A stretch of DNA of 64,000 bases from an uncultured Sphaerochaeta sp. (GTDB taxonomy: Bacteria > Spirochaetota > Spirochaetia > Sphaerochaetales > Sphaerochaetaceae): NCBI GenBank assembly GCA_965140595.1, contig OZ223274.1, positions 1,806,856 to 1,870,855 on the forward strand. Direction: 5' to 3'. A program made the position numbers and the translations under genes. This document shows positions 18,132 through 27,978 of this stretch, piece after piece (within the stretch, counting starts at the first letter, position 1; every line of letters starts with the position of its first letter). The notes below the pieces were generated by a model that had not been told where the DNA came from, made no database searches, and saw only the letters and a list, made by a program, of their open reading frames with translations.

Positions 18132-20594
18132 ATGAAAGAAAGAAAAGCCAAAGACCTGTTGCTTATTGCATCAATATTGTTGCTCAGTATAGTTTCCCTA
18201 ATGCAAATCGGAAACCTCCATATCGACAGCTCTACCAAGGCGTTCATTCCTCAGGATGAGCAAGTAGTACAGACAAACAAGGAGATCGAAGAGGCCTTTG
18301 GCTCGCTTGACCTCATAGTGGTCAATCTCTCAAGTAAGGAAGCCTCCATGCTTGAGAGCTCATCCCTTGCAATTCTTGACAGGGTCACCAGCGCCATAGA
18401 GACTCTAGCACTCTGTTCCTCGGCAACCTCGCTAACCAATACCGATCACTTAGGCAGTACAGATGAGGGGCTCTTGGTTGAGAAACTCTATGACAAGGAT
18501 GAAGTTGATGCATTGGGTAGCCTAAACACGCGCCTTGGAGAATGGGGGGATCTCTATGAAGGCAACCTCATCTCACGCGACAGGACCATGGCTTCAATCA
18601 TTGTCGAAGCGGTCGTAGGATCTGACTTGTCAGTGTTGCTCGAGCAAATCAAGGCCGAGATAGCCAAAATTGATCTGGGCGATCTCAAGCTCTCGATCAT
18701 CGGCCTTCCGGTAGTGACCGATGCCATCGAGCAGAGCCTGCTCACTGACTTGGCAATCCTCGCACCGATAGTCGGCCTGCTTATCATCATAGTCCTTTTC
18801 TTTTCCTTTGGCAGATTCCGCGCTGTTATTCTCTCCCTGTTCTGTCTACTTGTCAGCGCAAGCCTCATGCTTGGCCTTATGGCAGTATTTCACCTTACCT
18901 TTACCATGGCCACCATGCTTGTACCGGTCCTACTTTTGATAGTAGGCAGCGCATACACCATCCACATCCTCAGCCACTTCTACGAAGAGGCTTCCAACTC
19001 AGAAGAAGGCATGACCCAAGAAGGACGAGAGAGGATTATCGCCACTGTGGTGAAGAGAAACCGCAACCCTCTCATTATGGCAGGGGCTACCACTGCAGCA
19101 GGCTTCCTTGCCCAACTTACCAGCCCACTTGCCCCCTTCAGGACGTTTGGTCTCCTCTGTGCGATTGGAGTCATCCTTTCTCAACTTTCAGCCTTGTATC
19201 TCCTTCCTGCCCTGATCCGTGTGTCCTATGCGAACTCCTCCGTCCAGAAAAAAAGCAGGAAGACCCGTGAAAAGTTTGATCCTTCAGGCATCTTCATCTA
19301 TATTGTCTCCAAACAGGGCAAGCTCCTTATAGGACTATCGATCGTATTCGTAGTGGCCACGCTTCTGCTAATCCCCCGTATCCGCACAGGAACCAATATG
19401 CTGTCTTTCTTCAAGCCCTCTTCCACTCTTGTGAAGGATACCAAGCTCTACAACAGCAAGATGCAAGGCAGTGGCATCCTGACAGTTATGGTAAAGAATG
19501 ACAACAACACATCCGTCCTTCAGCCATCGTTCCTCACTTCCTTGGATGAGTTCTCCCAAAGCCTACAAGAACGTTCAGATGTGGGGGGAGTGCAGACCAT
19601 TCTCCCGTTCATCAAGCGGATGAACCAGATAATGGGTCCCCAGCAGGGCGAAACGCTCCAGATAGAGGATGACAGGCCAGACTTTGACTTCTTCGGTGGT
19701 TCCTTTGGTGTAATTGCCGAAGAGGAACCTCTGAGAGAAGTCGCTGAAAAGCCCATAGTCATCACCCAGAAGGGAAGCTACCACGAGATTCCCTCTGATC
19801 CAGCTAAGTACGGTCTGCAAACAGAAGAGGATCTGAGCCAGCTCATAACACAGTACCTATTGCTGTATAGTGGAAATCTAGGCAAGTTCATCAATGACCC
19901 GATCGAACCCGACTCTCTTCTGATGACCATACGTCTCATGAAGACTGACACCCCGACCTTGAGAAACATTACAAACACCATAGAAGAGCACTTCGCATCC
20001 ACGCTTCCCTCTGGCTGGACAATACAGATCGGTGGAGGCGAAGCTATTAACCTAGCCCTTACCGAGCTGGTCACCAAATCTCAGATTTACTCCCTCTTTG
20101 GAGCTCTCATCATTGTCTGGATACTATTGCTCTTGCTCTTCCGTTCATTCAAATTGGCAGCCCTTGGACTTATCCCTTGTGTATTTGCTCTCATGGGTAT
20201 CTTTGCCTCCATGGCAATCTTTGATATTGAGCTAGACATCATCACCAGCTTGCTCGCAGCCCTAGCCATTGGAATTGGGGTAGACTATGCGATACACCTG
20301 CTTGCTGCATACATAAGGATCGGTTCTATATTACCCCAAGAGGAGATTTTCACCGAGGTGATGAAAACAACAGGCAAGGCAATCCTCATCAACGCAGCTT
20401 CGGTGACACTAGGCTTTACTGGCTTGCTGTTCAGCCGTTTCACACCCATCTTCAGCATGGGCCTCCTGTTCTGTATATCGATGGTGTTCGCATCGTTGAG
20501 CAGTCTCACCATCATGCCGATCCTGCTTAGGCACATCAAACCCAAAAACCCGCTGCTCATGCCAGAAACACAACAACCAAGGAGAACCGTATAA
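18132..20594 (+). CDS. MMPL/RND-superfamily exporter (COG1033-like), 12 TM with two large periplasmic loops
   Basis: The TTG ORF starts at 18087 and ATG 18132 (MKERKAKDLLLIAS) is preferred. It has two 6-TM bundles separated by large soluble domains and is about 820 aa. Confidence 0.7.
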   Translation: MKERKAKDLLLIASILLLSIVSLMQIGNLHIDSSTKAFIPQDEQVVQTNKEIEEAFGSLDLIVVNLSSKEASMLESSSLAILDRVTSAIETLALCSSATSLTNTDHLGSTDEGLLVEKLYDKDEVDALGSLNTRLGEWGDLYEGNLISRDRTMASIIVEAVVGSDLSVLLEQIKAEIAKIDLGDLKLSIIGLPVVTDAIEQSLLTDLAILAPIVGLLIIIVLFFSFGRFRAVILSLFCLLVSASLMLGLMAVFHLTFTMATMLVPVLLLIVGSAYTIHILSHFYEEASNSEEGMTQEGRERIIATVVKRNRNPLIMAGATTAAGFLAQLTSPLAPFRTFGLLCAIGVILSQLSALYLLPALIRVSYANSSVQKKSRKTREKFDPSGIFIYIVSKQGKLLIGLSIVFVVATLLLIPRIRTGTNMLSFFKPSSTLVKDTKLYNSKMQGSGILTVMVKNDNNTSVLQPSFLTSLDEFSQSLQERSDVGGVQTILPFIKRMNQIMGPQQGETLQIEDDRPDFDFFGGSFGVIAEEEPLREVAEKPIVITQKGSYHEIPSDPAKYGLQTEEDLSQLITQYLLLYSGNLGKFINDPIEPDSLLMTIRLMKTDTPTLRNITNTIEEHFASTLPSGWTIQIGGGEAINLALTELVTKSQIYSLFGALIIVWILLLLLFRSFKLAALGLIPCVFALMGIFASMAIFDIELDIITSLLAALAIGIGVDYAIHLLAAYIRIGSILPQEEIFTEVMKTTGKAILINAASVTLGFTGLLFSRFTPIFSMGLLFCISMVFASLSSLTIMPILLRHIKPKNPLLMPETQQPRRTV

Positions 20595-21358
20595 TGAAAA
20601 AACCCATTACCATCATGCTCACACTACTGCTCATACTATTGGGCCCCCTCACAGGAGCACCACAACCCCAGGAAATTATGGATAGGGTCATGGAAAGCCA
20701 GAGTAGTGACAGCTCTGCTCTCGATATCGAGCTTACCCTCATAGATTCAGGAGGACAGGAACGCACAAGGAGGCTACAGACACTCTCCCTTACAGAGCAG
20801 GGCCGGACATCTTCCATAACCGTATTTCTATCCCCCTCAAGTGTGAAGAACACCCGCTTCCTTGCAGTTGAGAATGACCAGGGCAAGACAGACCAATGGA
20901 TATACCTTCCTGCCCTCAAGCGAGTCAAGCGCATAGCAGCCAATGAGGAAGGAGGCTCTTTCATGGGCAGTGATTTCTCCTATGCTGATATGGCTTCCAC
21001 CACCTATGAATCCGATGAGGCCACCCATACCCTACTTGAAGAAACAGCGAAAACGTATGTGCTCAGGTCTGTTCCTTTCGATGCAACGACCTATGGAAAG
21101 ACAGAGACCACCGTTGACAAGGATACCTACCTCCCCCTGCAGGTAGACTTCTACTCCAAAGATGGCACCACCTTGGAAAAACAACTGGTAACACAACAAA
21201 TTGAACAGGTGAAAGGGAAGTGGATACCAAAGGTCATCACCATGACCACCCTTTCAAGCGGGCACAGTACGAGAATTGAAATCCTCCAATCCCAGTATGA
21301 CCTTGCCATGAACAGCAACTACTTCACCACCAAATTCCTTGAAACCGGGAGGCCGTAA
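20594..21358 (+). CDS. Outer membrane lipoprotein-sorting (LolA-like) periplasmic protein
   Basis: It has a signal peptide and the GSDFSYADM motif shared with the second LolA-like gene at 35736. Its start overlaps the MMPL stop (taATG). Confidence 0.55.
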   Translation: MKKPITIMLTLLLILLGPLTGAPQPQEIMDRVMESQSSDSSALDIELTLIDSGGQERTRRLQTLSLTEQGRTSSITVFLSPSSVKNTRFLAVENDQGKTDQWIYLPALKRVKRIAANEEGGSFMGSDFSYADMASTTYESDEATHTLLEETAKTYVLRSVPFDATTYGKTETTVDKDTYLPLQVDFYSKDGTTLEKQLVTQQIEQVKGKWIPKVITMTTLSSGHSTRIEILQSQYDLAMNSNYFTTKFLETGRP

Positions 21359-22674
21359 TGAAACGTGTACTACTAGTGGTCCTAACCTTCAGCGTACTTC
21401 TGGGCAACCTCTTTGCCTTTGCAGGTTTTGATGACATATTCGCACCAGAAGCAACCAAAGAAGAGACAAAAAATCTCAAGTTCTCTGTCTCAGGCTCTGT
21501 AGGAGCTACTGTTGGAGTGTATTTCGATGACCAGGTCTTCTCTGAGCAGCTTCTGAGACTAAATCTCCTCGCTGACAGTCCGGCTTTCAAATCAGAGGCT
21601 GCCCTTTCCTTTGATGCGCAAGAGGGTACGCTTACTGCAGACACTATTGCAGTAACCTCTTTCTTTGACTGGGGCTTCATCAAGGCAGGCCTTCTCAAGG
21701 AAGAATGGGGATCAGGGGACGGCTTGCACGTGGTGGACGTTCTCAATGCCTTTGATTACTCCAAAGGTCTCTCTGATGATGTTTTCACCATGAAAAGAGC
21801 CACCTTCATGGTCACTTCCACCATCTACAATAACCAGAGTTCCTTGCAGTTCTACCTCCTGCCGAGATTCAAAGCAGGGCTTGCAAGCATGGATAAGACA
21901 GGTCATGACAGGTGGTCCATGCTTCCTGCAGCATTCATCAACACAGATATCAATGAGCCGGAAACTGACTCCTTAGAGTATGTCCAGTTCGGTGCTCGAG
22001 GAAGAACCAGTATTGGTGGTGCTGACCTAGGCCTACTCTACTATAAAGGGCACATGGCTCAGATGGGGTATGGAAACTTTGTCTATGACTCTGGGTTTGC
22101 TTATATTGAAAAAGCAGACACCATCTACACCCCCTATCAGCTTTTTGGCTCTGAAGCCACCTATGTGCTTGGCCAGTTCACCATCATGGCAGAGGGTGGC
22201 TACATGCTCAGTAAAGATACAAAAGGAACTGATTCAACACTCTATAACAGTAAATGGGTTTATCTGGGTGGAGTAAGTTACCTGGAAAGCACGAGCGGGC
22301 TGTACGTAGCCCTTATGTACAACGGCCATTATACAGAGCATTATGACCTGGTAGAAGCTAATGTTGCCAATCCTTCTGTGGGGTTTGATGTCGACCAAGG
22401 GCAGGCCTTCGACAACAAGGCCTATGGGAACACCCTCACCCTTGCAATGGAGCTGCCTCTTTTCCGTGAACGGGTACACGTGCGCCTGGGCTCTACCTAC
22501 CAGATTGAGACAGAAGGCTTTGCTCTGTTACCCTCCATTCGTTGGCAAGTTAGTGATGACCTGAAACTTGAGTGTAAGGCTGTTGTGTATGGATCGTTGG
22601 GATCAAAGGGCAGCCTATTCAAGACTTGGGATGACAACGATTACCTTACTATTGGTATAACACATTACTTCTAA
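21358..22674 (+). CDS. Predicted outer-membrane beta-barrel protein (DUF1302-like partner of the LolA-like protein)
   Basis: It has a signal peptide, alternating beta pattern and a C-terminal aromatic residue (..HYF). Its start overlaps the upstream stop. Confidence 0.45.
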   Translation: MKRVLLVVLTFSVLLGNLFAFAGFDDIFAPEATKEETKNLKFSVSGSVGATVGVYFDDQVFSEQLLRLNLLADSPAFKSEAALSFDAQEGTLTADTIAVTSFFDWGFIKAGLLKEEWGSGDGLHVVDVLNAFDYSKGLSDDVFTMKRATFMVTSTIYNNQSSLQFYLLPRFKAGLASMDKTGHDRWSMLPAAFINTDINEPETDSLEYVQFGARGRTSIGGADLGLLYYKGHMAQMGYGNFVYDSGFAYIEKADTIYTPYQLFGSEATYVLGQFTIMAEGGYMLSKDTKGTDSTLYNSKWVYLGGVSYLESTSGLYVALMYNGHYTEHYDLVEANVANPSVGFDVDQGQAFDNKAYGNTLTLAMELPLFRERVHVRLGSTYQIETEGFALLPSIRWQVSDDLKLECKAVVYGSLGSKGSLFKTWDDNDYLTIGITHYF

Positions 22675-22728
22675 ATCCTACCATTGAAGGGGCGAGTGTG
22701 GTAGAATCCTCTTCAGGAGGATCGGATA

Positions 22729-23688
22729 GTGTTCATCATCGGAGACATTCTGCTTTTTCTGACTACCGCACTCGTATTTTCCATTACCTGTCTGTGTATC
22801 CTCTTGCATATACGGGCAAAAGACAGTTTTACACGTGGGTTCTTGGATTTTCTGATACCTCTGTGCCTTCAGATGTTCCTGACCATGCTCTATGCATACA
22901 TACCCCGAGTCTATCCTCCTGAACTGCTTACAGGTAATATCTATAGGTATTTCTGTCTTTCAGCAACGCTGGTATCCATATTCCTTACAACTCTGATGCT
23001 TTTTACCATGAGTCGCTACCTTCTGTCCCTGTTGCCTGCAACAGAGAAGGAGAAAAGTCGGGGGAAGACCATCCTAGGCTTTCTCATCCTTACGTTCCTT
23101 ATCCTCAGTCTGCTTATCATCATCGGAAAGAGCGAAGGGGACTGGATATATGCGATGGACCTTACCTTCTCCTATCACCTCTTCAGTGGTAGCGTGTTCT
23201 TGATTATCCATGGCTTCATTTCGCTCTTCTATCGTAAGAAGGCGCAAGGATGGGAACAGGAGAGGCTTCTTACAGGAATCTGCATAACCTTCATTCCCTT
23301 GCTGGTGCTTTTTCCCCTTGACCTGATCTTTTTCTGGAACCATGCCTTCAAGTTCACCTATCTCAGCTTTGCGGCTTTCGCAGTCTACCTCTACTATTTC
23401 ATCAATCGTAGATACTTCCTTACCTATGAAGCGGTAACTGAGGCTTCCGTCACCTTACAAACTGAGTTCTTGGAAGAGCATGAGGTATCGAATCGGGAGA
23501 GAGAAATCATAGCCCTGCTGGTCAAAGGTCTGAGTAACCGTGAGATTGCAGAGAAGCTCTTCATCTCCCCCAACACAGTTAAGACCCATATCAAGAATAT
23601 CTATGCAAAGCTGGGGGTCTCCAATAGGGTGTTGCTTTTCTCTCTATTGCAAAAGAATCAAAGTCCTAACTCTTGTTTACAGCGCTGA
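22729..23688 (+). CDS. Membrane-anchored LuxR-family transcriptional regulator (about 8 TM plus a C-terminal HTH)
   Basis: It has a GTG start after a CAGGAGG RBS and the C-terminal LuxR HTH motif (REIAEKLFISPNTVKTHIKNIYAKLGV). Confidence 0.65.
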   Translation: MFIIGDILLFLTTALVFSITCLCILLHIRAKDSFTRGFLDFLIPLCLQMFLTMLYAYIPRVYPPELLTGNIYRYFCLSATLVSIFLTTLMLFTMSRYLLSLLPATEKEKSRGKTILGFLILTFLILSLLIIIGKSEGDWIYAMDLTFSYHLFSGSVFLIIHGFISLFYRKKAQGWEQERLLTGICITFIPLLVLFPLDLIFFWNHAFKFTYLSFAAFAVYLYYFINRRYFLTYEAVTEASVTLQTEFLEEHEVSNREREIIALLVKGLSNREIAEKLFISPNTVKTHIKNIYAKLGVSNRVLLFSLLQKNQSPNSCLQR

Positions 23689-24047
23689 CAGATACCTGTG
23701 AGATAGAAGGTATGGTCATTGACCCTGAAGCCATGCTCCGCTTCCAATTGACGAACGTACCCTGCATAAATACACCCACCCAAATCTATGAAACAATGAC
23801 AATGCTCACAATGAAACCAATGATGGTGATCATTCCCCTCCTTGGCAGAATAGTAACGTTCAGTTCCATGTTCACTGCAGTGTAGGATAAACGAGGTTGC
23901 CAGGTTGTTCTTCTCGAGGTAGTGTAGGTTTCTGTACACTGTCGCAGGGTCACAGAAGTCACTGAGCTGCTTAGCAAGCTCAGAAGCAGAGATAGGCTCT
24001 CTTGCATTCTCCAAAGCCAAGAAGATTGTTTTTCTAGCCTTTGTCAT
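23658..24047 (-). CDS. zur: Fur-family metalloregulator, probably Zur
   Basis: The start is at ATG 24047 (MTKARK) with an AGGAGGAGG RBS. It has the Fur fold with H/C metal sites (HHHWFHCEHCH, CQRC). It sits next to znuBCA. Confidence 0.7.
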   Translation of the reverse strand: MTKARKTIFLALENAREPISASELAKQLSDFCDPATVYRNLHYLEKNNLATSFILHCSEHGTERYYSAKEGNDHHHWFHCEHCHCFIDLGGCIYAGYVRQLEAEHGFRVNDHTFYLTGICQRCKQELGL

Positions 24048-24918
24048 TACGCAAAGTCCTCCTCCTGCTATAGGTGAAAAGCATCTTTGTAGCGGCAGTT
24101 CCAAGGAATACTCCTCCGGCAATGACGACCACCATCGCACCGACAGGGACATCAAGCATCCACCCGGCGGCCAATCCCCCAAAGGAAAAGAGTGCAGAAA
24201 ATAATGTGCCCAACCCCATCATGGCGGCAAGGTTCTTCGCCCAGTATCCGGCTGTCCCTGCAGGTAGGGTCAGCATTGCTATAACCATTACAATACCTAC
24301 AAAAGTCTGCAATAGGACCACTGCTACCGCTGTGATAGTGAGCATCAACAGGAACACTCGTTGGGTCGGTATTCCTCGCACTTGGGCAAACTCCTCATCA
24401 AAAGAGGTTGCTTCGATCTGGGGGTAGAAGCGCCAGGCAAGAAGGATTACCACCACATCGAGGGCAAGTAAAAGAATCAGATCCTTATTTGAAATTAACA
24501 GGATGTTTCCAAACAGATAGGAAGAAGGGTCTGTATAGCCAGGGGTTTTGGCCATGAAGAGGACACCAATACTCATACCAATGGCCCAGATTGCCTGTAT
24601 GACCGTGTCCTCACGTTGCTTCGCCTTCAGTGATACCACCCCAATGATAGCCGCAGCTATGATAGCAAAGACAATAGCCCCCATCATGGGAGTTATTCCA
24701 GGTACCTTCCCCGTTGCAGATAAGTAGAGTGCAATGCCAATACCACCCAGAACTGCGTGTGATATGGCTCCAGCAAGGCCTGCGATCCGTTTGACAGTAA
24801 CCACCGCTCCTATAACCCCAAATAGAATCGAAGAGAGCAGACCAGCAAACAAGGCATTTCTGACAAAGGGGAAGGCAGGATTTGCAAGGGCGCCAAAAAA
24901 ACCTGAGAGGTTATCCAT
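24034..24918 (-). CDS. znuB: Metal ABC transporter permease (ZnuB/ABC-3 family)
   Basis: The start is at ATG 24918 after a GGAGGGG RBS. The protein is polytopic. Confidence 0.75.
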   Translation of the reverse strand: MDNLSGFFGALANPAFPFVRNALFAGLLSSILFGVIGAVVTVKRIAGLAGAISHAVLGGIGIALYLSATGKVPGITPMMGAIVFAIIAAAIIGVVSLKAKQREDTVIQAIWAIGMSIGVLFMAKTPGYTDPSSYLFGNILLISNKDLILLLALDVVVILLAWRFYPQIEATSFDEEFAQVRGIPTQRVFLLMLTITAVAVVLLQTFVGIVMVIAMLTLPAGTAGYWAKNLAAMMGLGTLFSALFSFGGLAAGWMLDVPVGAMVVVIAGGVFLGTAATKMLFTYSRRRTLRNDKG

Positions 24919-25705
24919 TGTTTTCCCCTCCATCGAAGGTACAGTAATCAGCAGGAAGCTCAACATCATGAAGAACCCGTAAGGCTTCTCCTCCATACAG
25001 TTCTGAAGCATGCTGCATCGGCTCGGTGGTATGCTGGACAACGGTGCGGCCCTTCTGTCCAGGTTTTTGAGCCCCGATACAGAAGACCCTGTCAGTAAGT
25101 GAGGAGACAGTGCTCATATCATGGGTGACTATGAGGATGGTGGTCCTGCCCTTGAAGTTCCTGAGCGTATCGAAAAGACGTCTCTCACTTTCAGCATCCA
25201 TATTCGCTGTAGGTTCATCTAGGATGAGCATCTTAGGACCTGCGACGAGAGCACGTGCAACAAGAACTCGTCTTCGCTGCCCTCCTGATAGCTCGCTATA
25301 GGGTCTTTGCGCCAACTCTTCCATCTCTACCTGTTTGAGAGCCTGTAATGCAGCCCCATTTCTCTCTTCCCTGCTCTTTCTTGAAGTCGAGAGTACCCCG
25401 CCCATCCTTACAACCTCCACTACAGAGATTGGAAATGTCGGGTCGTAGGTCATATGCTGAGGCACATACCCTATCATGGATCTATTCTTTCTAGGCTGGT
25501 CTCCAAATAGCAGGACCTCTCCTTGCTGGCTCTGTTCGAGACCAAGGATAAGCTTGAGAAGGGTGGTCTTGCCAGAACCGTTGGGTCCGACCAGAGCGCT
25601 GAACTCCCCTTCATGGATATGGAAGTTTACATCCTCCAGGACGGGCAACATGTCATAGGAGAAGGCTACATCAGAAAAGCGCAGCGCGATAGGGGCTGGG
25701 CTCAT
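24911..25705 (-). CDS. znuC: Metal ABC transporter ATP-binding protein (ZnuC-like)
   Basis: It has Walker A GPNGSGKTT, the signature LSGGQRRRV and Walker B LILDEP. Confidence 0.8.
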   Translation of the reverse strand: MSPAPIALRFSDVAFSYDMLPVLEDVNFHIHEGEFSALVGPNGSGKTTLLKLILGLEQSQQGEVLLFGDQPRKNRSMIGYVPQHMTYDPTFPISVVEVVRMGGVLSTSRKSREERNGAALQALKQVEMEELAQRPYSELSGGQRRRVLVARALVAGPKMLILDEPTANMDAESERRLFDTLRNFKGRTTILIVTHDMSTVSSLTDRVFCIGAQKPGQKGRTVVQHTTEPMQHASELYGGEALRVLHDVELPADYCTFDGGENNG

Positions 25706-26625
25706 TGGCTCTTTCCTACAGTACTCAGAAGAACATCACCCATTGCCCGGATATTCTCCATCCAATCTCGAGCAAGAGGATTGAGGGCAAGGACCTTAGT
25801 CCCTGTCGCCTTTGCAACAGTCTCTGCAGATGCGAGGGGAAACTGTTTTTGGACAAAAAGGGCCACTGCCTTCTCGCTCTTAGCTTTTTGGATAAGAAGG
25901 GAGAGATCTTTGGCTGTAGGTTCCTTTCCCCCTATCTCAACAGCTTCTTGGATCAAGGAGAACTCATCGAAAAAGTATCCGAATGCAGGATGATAGACAA
26001 ACACCTTTCGTCCAGCTAAGGGGGCAAGTTTCTCCTTGAGGGTGAGGAAGGTTGTATCAATATCTGTTATAAGTTGTTGGTAGTTGGCTTCCAACAAGGT
26101 TTTCTGTTCTGGAAGCAGCAGTATGGTTGTTTCCAGGACATGCCCAGCCAAAATTTTTGCACTTTCCCAGCCAAGCCAGGTATGACGGTCACGCTTGAGA
26201 CTGTCTTCCTCAATTGCATGCGTTTCTTGCTCTTCATGATCATGAGCTTCCATGAACCTGAAGGTTACCCCTTCTGTCCCATCAATCACCAGGAGATTGG
26301 GATAGAGAGAGGAAACTTTGTCCTCAAGGACGAGCTCAAAGTCGGTGCCACTGAGTATCCAAGCCTTTGCCTGGGCTAAAAGGGCCATTTGAGAAGGAGT
26401 CGGCTCATAGGAGTGGGGACTCTGCCCCTCTCCAACCAACACCACACTGTTGACAAGGTCTCCCGCTATACGCTGGACAAAGTATTCTTGAGGCAAAATG
26501 CTCAGAGCCAGAGTTGGCTTACCCTCAGGATTTTGCTCTTCAGCTTTGCCTTGGGAAAACAGAAGTCCTGTCGCAAGAACCAGGAGTATCACTATGCTAT
26601 ATAGTATTCGGTTGTTCTTTCTCAT
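25702..26625 (-). CDS. znuA: Metal ABC substrate-binding lipoprotein (ZnuA/TroA family) with a His/acidic-rich loop
   Basis: It has a signal peptide and an HDHEEQETHAIEED loop typical of Zn-specific ZnuA. The RBS is AAGGAGG. Confidence 0.75.
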   Translation of the reverse strand: MRKNNRILYSIVILLVLATGLLFSQGKAEEQNPEGKPTLALSILPQEYFVQRIAGDLVNSVVLVGEGQSPHSYEPTPSQMALLAQAKAWILSGTDFELVLEDKVSSLYPNLLVIDGTEGVTFRFMEAHDHEEQETHAIEEDSLKRDRHTWLGWESAKILAGHVLETTILLLPEQKTLLEANYQQLITDIDTTFLTLKEKLAPLAGRKVFVYHPAFGYFFDEFSLIQEAVEIGGKEPTAKDLSLLIQKAKSEKAVALFVQKQFPLASAETVAKATGTKVLALNPLARDWMENIRAMGDVLLSTVGKSQ

Positions 26626-26682
26626 ATATCCTCCTTAGGAATTGGGGTAAGAATACTGAATAAAAAATATTTTTGCAAGTCA

Positions 26683-26702
26683 TTTGCAAAAAAAAATGCA
26701 AA
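26683..26702. promoter_or_regulatory. Perfect palindrome TTTGCA-A8-TGCAAA in the znuA / gamma-CA divergent promoter, with an additional TTGCAA direct repeat upstream; candidate Zur operator
   Basis: Seen in the sequence about 60 nt upstream of the znuA start, overlapping a putative -35 region. Confidence 0.35.
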
Positions 26703-26781
26703 CGATTCGCATAATTAAAGTAAAGACTACCCTAAAACCTCACTTTCACAGTATACTTAGGATGAAGAGAGGAACCCCATA

Positions 26782-27294
26782 ATGATCTTGAACTTCAAAG
26801 AAAAACAACCTCACATTGATCCATCTTGCTTTATCGCACCCTCTGCAGACGTCATTGGAGAGGTCGTGATTGGCAAAGCCTCCTCACTATGGTTCAACGC
26901 CACAGTAAGGGGTGATGTCTCCTCCATCCATATCGGTGAAGGGAGCAACATCCAAGACAATACGGTGGTTCATTGTACTATCGATGTACCGGTTTCAATC
27001 GGAGACAGCGTAACCATTGGACATGGGGCGATACTACACTCCTGTTCCATTGGAGACGGATGTCTTATCGGTATGGGTTCAACCATCTTAGATGGAGCGG
27101 TCCTAGCTGAGGAGACACTTGTAGGAGCAGCTTCCTTGATACCTCCGGGCAAGACGTATCCCCCAAAGAGCTTGGTCATGGGATCTCCTGCCAAATTCAT
27201 ACGAGCTTTGACTGAAATTGAGCTTCAGGATATGAGAGAGAATGCCAGACAGTATCAGAGGGCATCGGCAGAGTATATTGCCGAGCTCTCCTAG
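26782..27294 (+). CDS. Gamma-class carbonic anhydrase family / hexapeptide-repeat protein
   Basis: It has a left-handed beta-helix hexapeptide repeat pattern (IGEGSNIQDN, IGDSVTIGHG). Confidence 0.75.
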   Translation: MILNFKEKQPHIDPSCFIAPSADVIGEVVIGKASSLWFNATVRGDVSSIHIGEGSNIQDNTVVHCTIDVPVSIGDSVTIGHGAILHSCSIGDGCLIGMGSTILDGAVLAEETLVGAASLIPPGKTYPPKSLVMGSPAKFIRALTEIELQDMRENARQYQRASAEYIAELS

Positions 27295-27962
27295 ACCATG
27301 TTTGCCTTCTCAAATTTCTTAATGGCTTCGTTGGTTCCCCCTACCACCAAGATATCCTCAGTCTGCAAGACCAGTTCTGGGGTGATCTCACTGATTGCCT
27401 TATCGTTTCTAAGCACTACGATGATATTCAGGTGGTACTTCTTGCGAATATTCAACGCCTCGATCGTCTGATCGACAAAGCTCTCTGAAATGGGAATATT
27501 GGCTATGGAAAAATCATCACACAGCTCAAGGAAATCGAGAGTGCCAGTAGCGATGAGCGAGTGGGCAAGACGGGCTCCCATATCAACTTCAGGATAAATG
27601 GCTTCTGCCCCAATCTTCTCCAGAACCCTGCCATGGTCAACGCTGCTTGCCTTTGCTATGACTCGGGGAATCTTCAACTCCAAGGCATTCATCGTTGCAA
27701 GAATATTTGACTCAAGGTCCTTACCAATGCAGACAATGACCGTACCGCAATGGGCAACCCCAGACTCTTTCAGCACATCCTGGGTAATTCCCGTTACGGG
27801 ATAAATGTTTGCAAGCTGGTCCTTGACCGCATCGAGCTTTTCTTCCTCGATCTCCAACACAATTACATCCTTGCCCGCCTTGGTCAGTTCCAAGGCAAGG
27901 GAAAGTCCGAATTTCCCAAGTCCAATGATACCATAGGCATCCAGATCAAAGTCACTTTTCAT
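27291..27962 (-). CDS. ktrA: Potassium uptake regulatory subunit, TrkA/KtrA (RCK N and C domains)
   Basis: It has the Rossmann motif GIIGLGKFG and is 223 aa. Confidence 0.75.
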   Translation of the reverse strand: MKSDFDLDAYGIIGLGKFGLSLALELTKAGKDVIVLEIEEEKLDAVKDQLANIYPVTGITQDVLKESGVAHCGTVIVCIGKDLESNILATMNALELKIPRVIAKASSVDHGRVLEKIGAEAIYPEVDMGARLAHSLIATGTLDFLELCDDFSIANIPISESFVDQTIEALNIRKKYHLNIIVVLRNDKAISEITPELVLQTEDILVVGGTNEAIKKFEKANMV

Positions 27963-27978
27963 AGTACACGCTCCTTAA

